Assembly (NCBI GenBank): GCA_046290225.1
Contig: JBKAGE010000037.1
Coordinates: forward strand, 256,001 to 320,000
Reading direction: 5' to 3'
Length of the DNA: 64,000 nt
Origin: Bradymonadia bacterium
GTDB lineage: Bacteria > Myxococcota_A > Bradymonadia > UBA7976 > UBA1532
Below are positions 62,045 to 64,000 of the stretch, piece after piece. Under the pieces are notes generated by a model that worked only from the letters and a program-made list of their open reading frames with translations, was not told the DNA's origin and ran no database searches. The position numbers were made by a program, and so were the translations under genes. Position 1 is the stretch's first letter. Each line of letters opens with the position of its first letter.

Positions 62045-64000
62045 TCAGCGCCGCCGGCGGGGCTTGAGCAGAGGCAAGCCCAACAGCAACAGCCAGAAGC
62101 TGCTGCCTGGGCCCTGACGGCCGCCAACGTCACAGGAACAGCCCACCTCTTCCGGTGCGCCACCCTCTGCAGCGCCGACGTTGCCGCCTTCACCGCCCGC
62201 GCCCATGTCGGTGGCCGCGTCGGGGGGATCAATGCCGATGCCCATGTCGTCTTCACCGCCGACCTCGCCACCGACGCCACCGGCACCGCCTTCGCCGCCC
62301 ATGCCGCCTTCGCCGCCCATGCCGCCGGCACCACCGGCAACGTCGCCGCCCATGCCACCGGCGCCGCCGGCCATCTCGCCGCCCATGCCACCTTCACCGC
62401 CCATACCACCTTCGCCGCCCATGCCGCCGGCACCGCCCTCACCACCGATGGGCTCCTGGGGCCAGTCGCCGATGCACTGAGCACGGCCCGCAGCATCGAG
62501 CTCGCAACGCTGGTTCGGGGGACACACGATGGAGAAGCAAGGATCGTCCACGCACTGGCCATCACGGCAAAGACGACCCTGACCGCAGTCTTCCGGGCAG
62601 CCCACAGGGCCTTCAGGGGCCACACAGGCCCCCTCGCGGCAGATCTGACCGTCTGGGCAGTCAACCTGAGCGCAGGGGCCGAGCTCGACGCAGACCCCCG
62701 CCTCGCAGCGTTGATCACCGGCACAGGCCACGTCGGCGCAACTGTCGATGCACTCGCCCTCGCGGCAGAACTCGCCTGCAGCGCACTCGGCCTCGTGGCA
62801 GGGATCAGCCTCACAGGCACCCTCGATGCAGCGCAAACCCGGGGCACAGCCGTTGACGTAACAGTCGTCGACCACACACTCGCCCATCACGCAGATGTCG
62901 CTGCCGTTGCAGCCCTGGCCTTCGCAGGGGTTCACGCAGATGCCTTCTTCACAGCGCAGGCCCCAGGGGCAAACCACCGCGTCGCAGGGATCCTCTGCAC
63001 ATACGTTGCCGTCGGCGCAGACGAGGTTGCCGTCGCACTCACCAAAGACACATGGGTCGAAGCAGCGGCCTGCCTGACAGAGCTCGCCCTCGGGGCAGTT
63101 GGGATCTTCGTCGATCTCGCCGTCGCAGTCCTCGTCTTCGCCGTTGCAGACGTCGAGTCGATCCATGGCCTGTCGGGCCGGATCAGCGTCACATTCGCCG
63201 CAGCGGTTGCGCAGATTCTCGTCGATGGTGCCGTCGCAGTTGTTGTCCCAGCCATCGCACACCTCGTCGCTCGGGGCGAAGTTGGGCATACAGATGATCT
63301 GGCCGCCGTCACACATGGTCTGGCCCAGCGCGCAGAGGCCCAGCTGGCCGGTCACGCAGCGCTCGCCAGCGCCGGGGACCTCTTCGTCGACGTTGCCGTC
63401 ACAGTCGTTGTCCAAGCCGTCGCAGAGCTCGGGGGTCGCCGCGATCTCCGGGGCGCAGATGAGCGCGCCGGCATCACAGACATAGATGCCAGGACCACAC
63501 ACGCCGGGCAGATCGGAGACACAGTCTGACGACAGCAGCGGATCGGTCTCGTCGAGCAGGCCGTTGCAGTCGTTGTCGGCGCCGTCGCACACCTCGTTGG
63601 TGGGCAGCACCTGGTTCTCGCAGCCACCCCACTCACCGGCCTCACAGGTGCTGGTGCCCTCGCGGCACTGACCCTGACCGGCGGTGCCATCGGGGCCCTC
63701 ATAACACCCCCGGACCAGATCCTCGTCGATGGTGCCGTCGCAGTCGTTGTCGAGACCGTCACACACCTCGTCATTGGGCAGCGCCTGACCGACACAGTCG
63801 GCCCACTCCCCGAAGCCACATGCCTGAGTACCGGTGACGCACTCGCCGACATCGGCGGTGCCTTCAGGGCCGTCGTAGCAGCCACGAGTGACGTTCTCGT
63901 CGGCCTCGCCATCACAGTCGTCGTCTCGGGCGTTGCAGGTCTCGGCCACCTGGTCAGGCAAGGCGTCGGGCTCGCACGCGATGCCCTCTTCGCCGTTGCA
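62045..64000 (-). CDS. MYXO-CTERM-anchored Cys-rich repeat surface protein (5' partial)
   Basis: Multiple E(V/L)CDGxDNDCDG repeats, EGF-like Cys repeats, Gly-rich linker, and GCSC...FWLLLLGLPLLKPRRRR sorting tail. Confidence 0.88.
   Translation of the reverse strand, partial: CNGEEGIACEPDALPDQVAETCNARDDDCDGEADENVTRGCYDGPEGTADVGECVTGTQACGFGEWADCVGQALPNDEVCDGLDNDCDGTIDEDLVRGCYEGPDGTAGQGQCREGTSTCEAGEWGGCENQVLPTNEVCDGADNDCNGLLDETDPLLSSDCVSDLPGVCGPGIYVCDAGALICAPEIAATPELCDGLDNDCDGNVDEEVPGAGERCVTGQLGLCALGQTMCDGGQIICMPNFAPSDEVCDGWDNNCDGTIDENLRNRCGECDADPARQAMDRLDVCNGEDEDCDGEIDEDPNCPEGELCQAGRCFDPCVFGECDGNLVCADGNVCAEDPCDAVVCPWGLRCEEGICVNPCEGQGCNGSDICVMGECVVDDCYVNGCAPGLRCIEGACEADPCHEAECAAGEFCREGECIDSCADVACAGDQRCEAGVCVELGPCAQVDCPDGQICREGACVAPEGPVGCPEDCGQGRLCRDGQCVDDPCFSIVCPPNQRCELDAAGRAQCIGDWPQEPIGGEGGAGGMGGEGGMGGEGGMGGEMAGGAGGMGGDVAGGAGGMGGEGGMGGEGGAGGVGGEVGGEDDMGIGIDPPDAATDMGAGGEGGNVGAAEGGAPEEVGCSCDVGGRQGPGSSFWLLLLGLPLLKPRRRR

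Overview
GC-rich bacterial chromosomal segment with about 50 protein-coding genes. A MYXO-CTERM protein, Cys-rich lipoproteins, a RedB-like protein and multidomain kinases suggest Myxococcota or a related lineage. Recognisable housekeeping genes are sua5/tsaC, purE, purK, glgP, uup, pssA, deoC, thyA, a YcaQ-like glycosylase and YchJ. No rRNA, tRNA, CRISPR array or mobile element was seen. Best candidate for an undescribed system: a MurE-like ligase lacking its N-terminal domain (11593-12843), followed 15 nt later by a small, probably exported protein made of 12-aa SPxxE repeats (12859-13260). It may be a ligase/peptide-substrate pair that modifies Glu residues. Other highlights: a minus-strand sRNA candidate with two hairpins sharing a CCUCCCCUCA loop (about 30122-30241), a pseudokinase-thiolase-OB-fold fusion (50171-52462), a RedB-like protein paired with a chemoreceptor (30458-32517), and a possible sigma/anti-sigma fusion (43408-44760). 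All family calls come from motifs read by eye; no database search was run.
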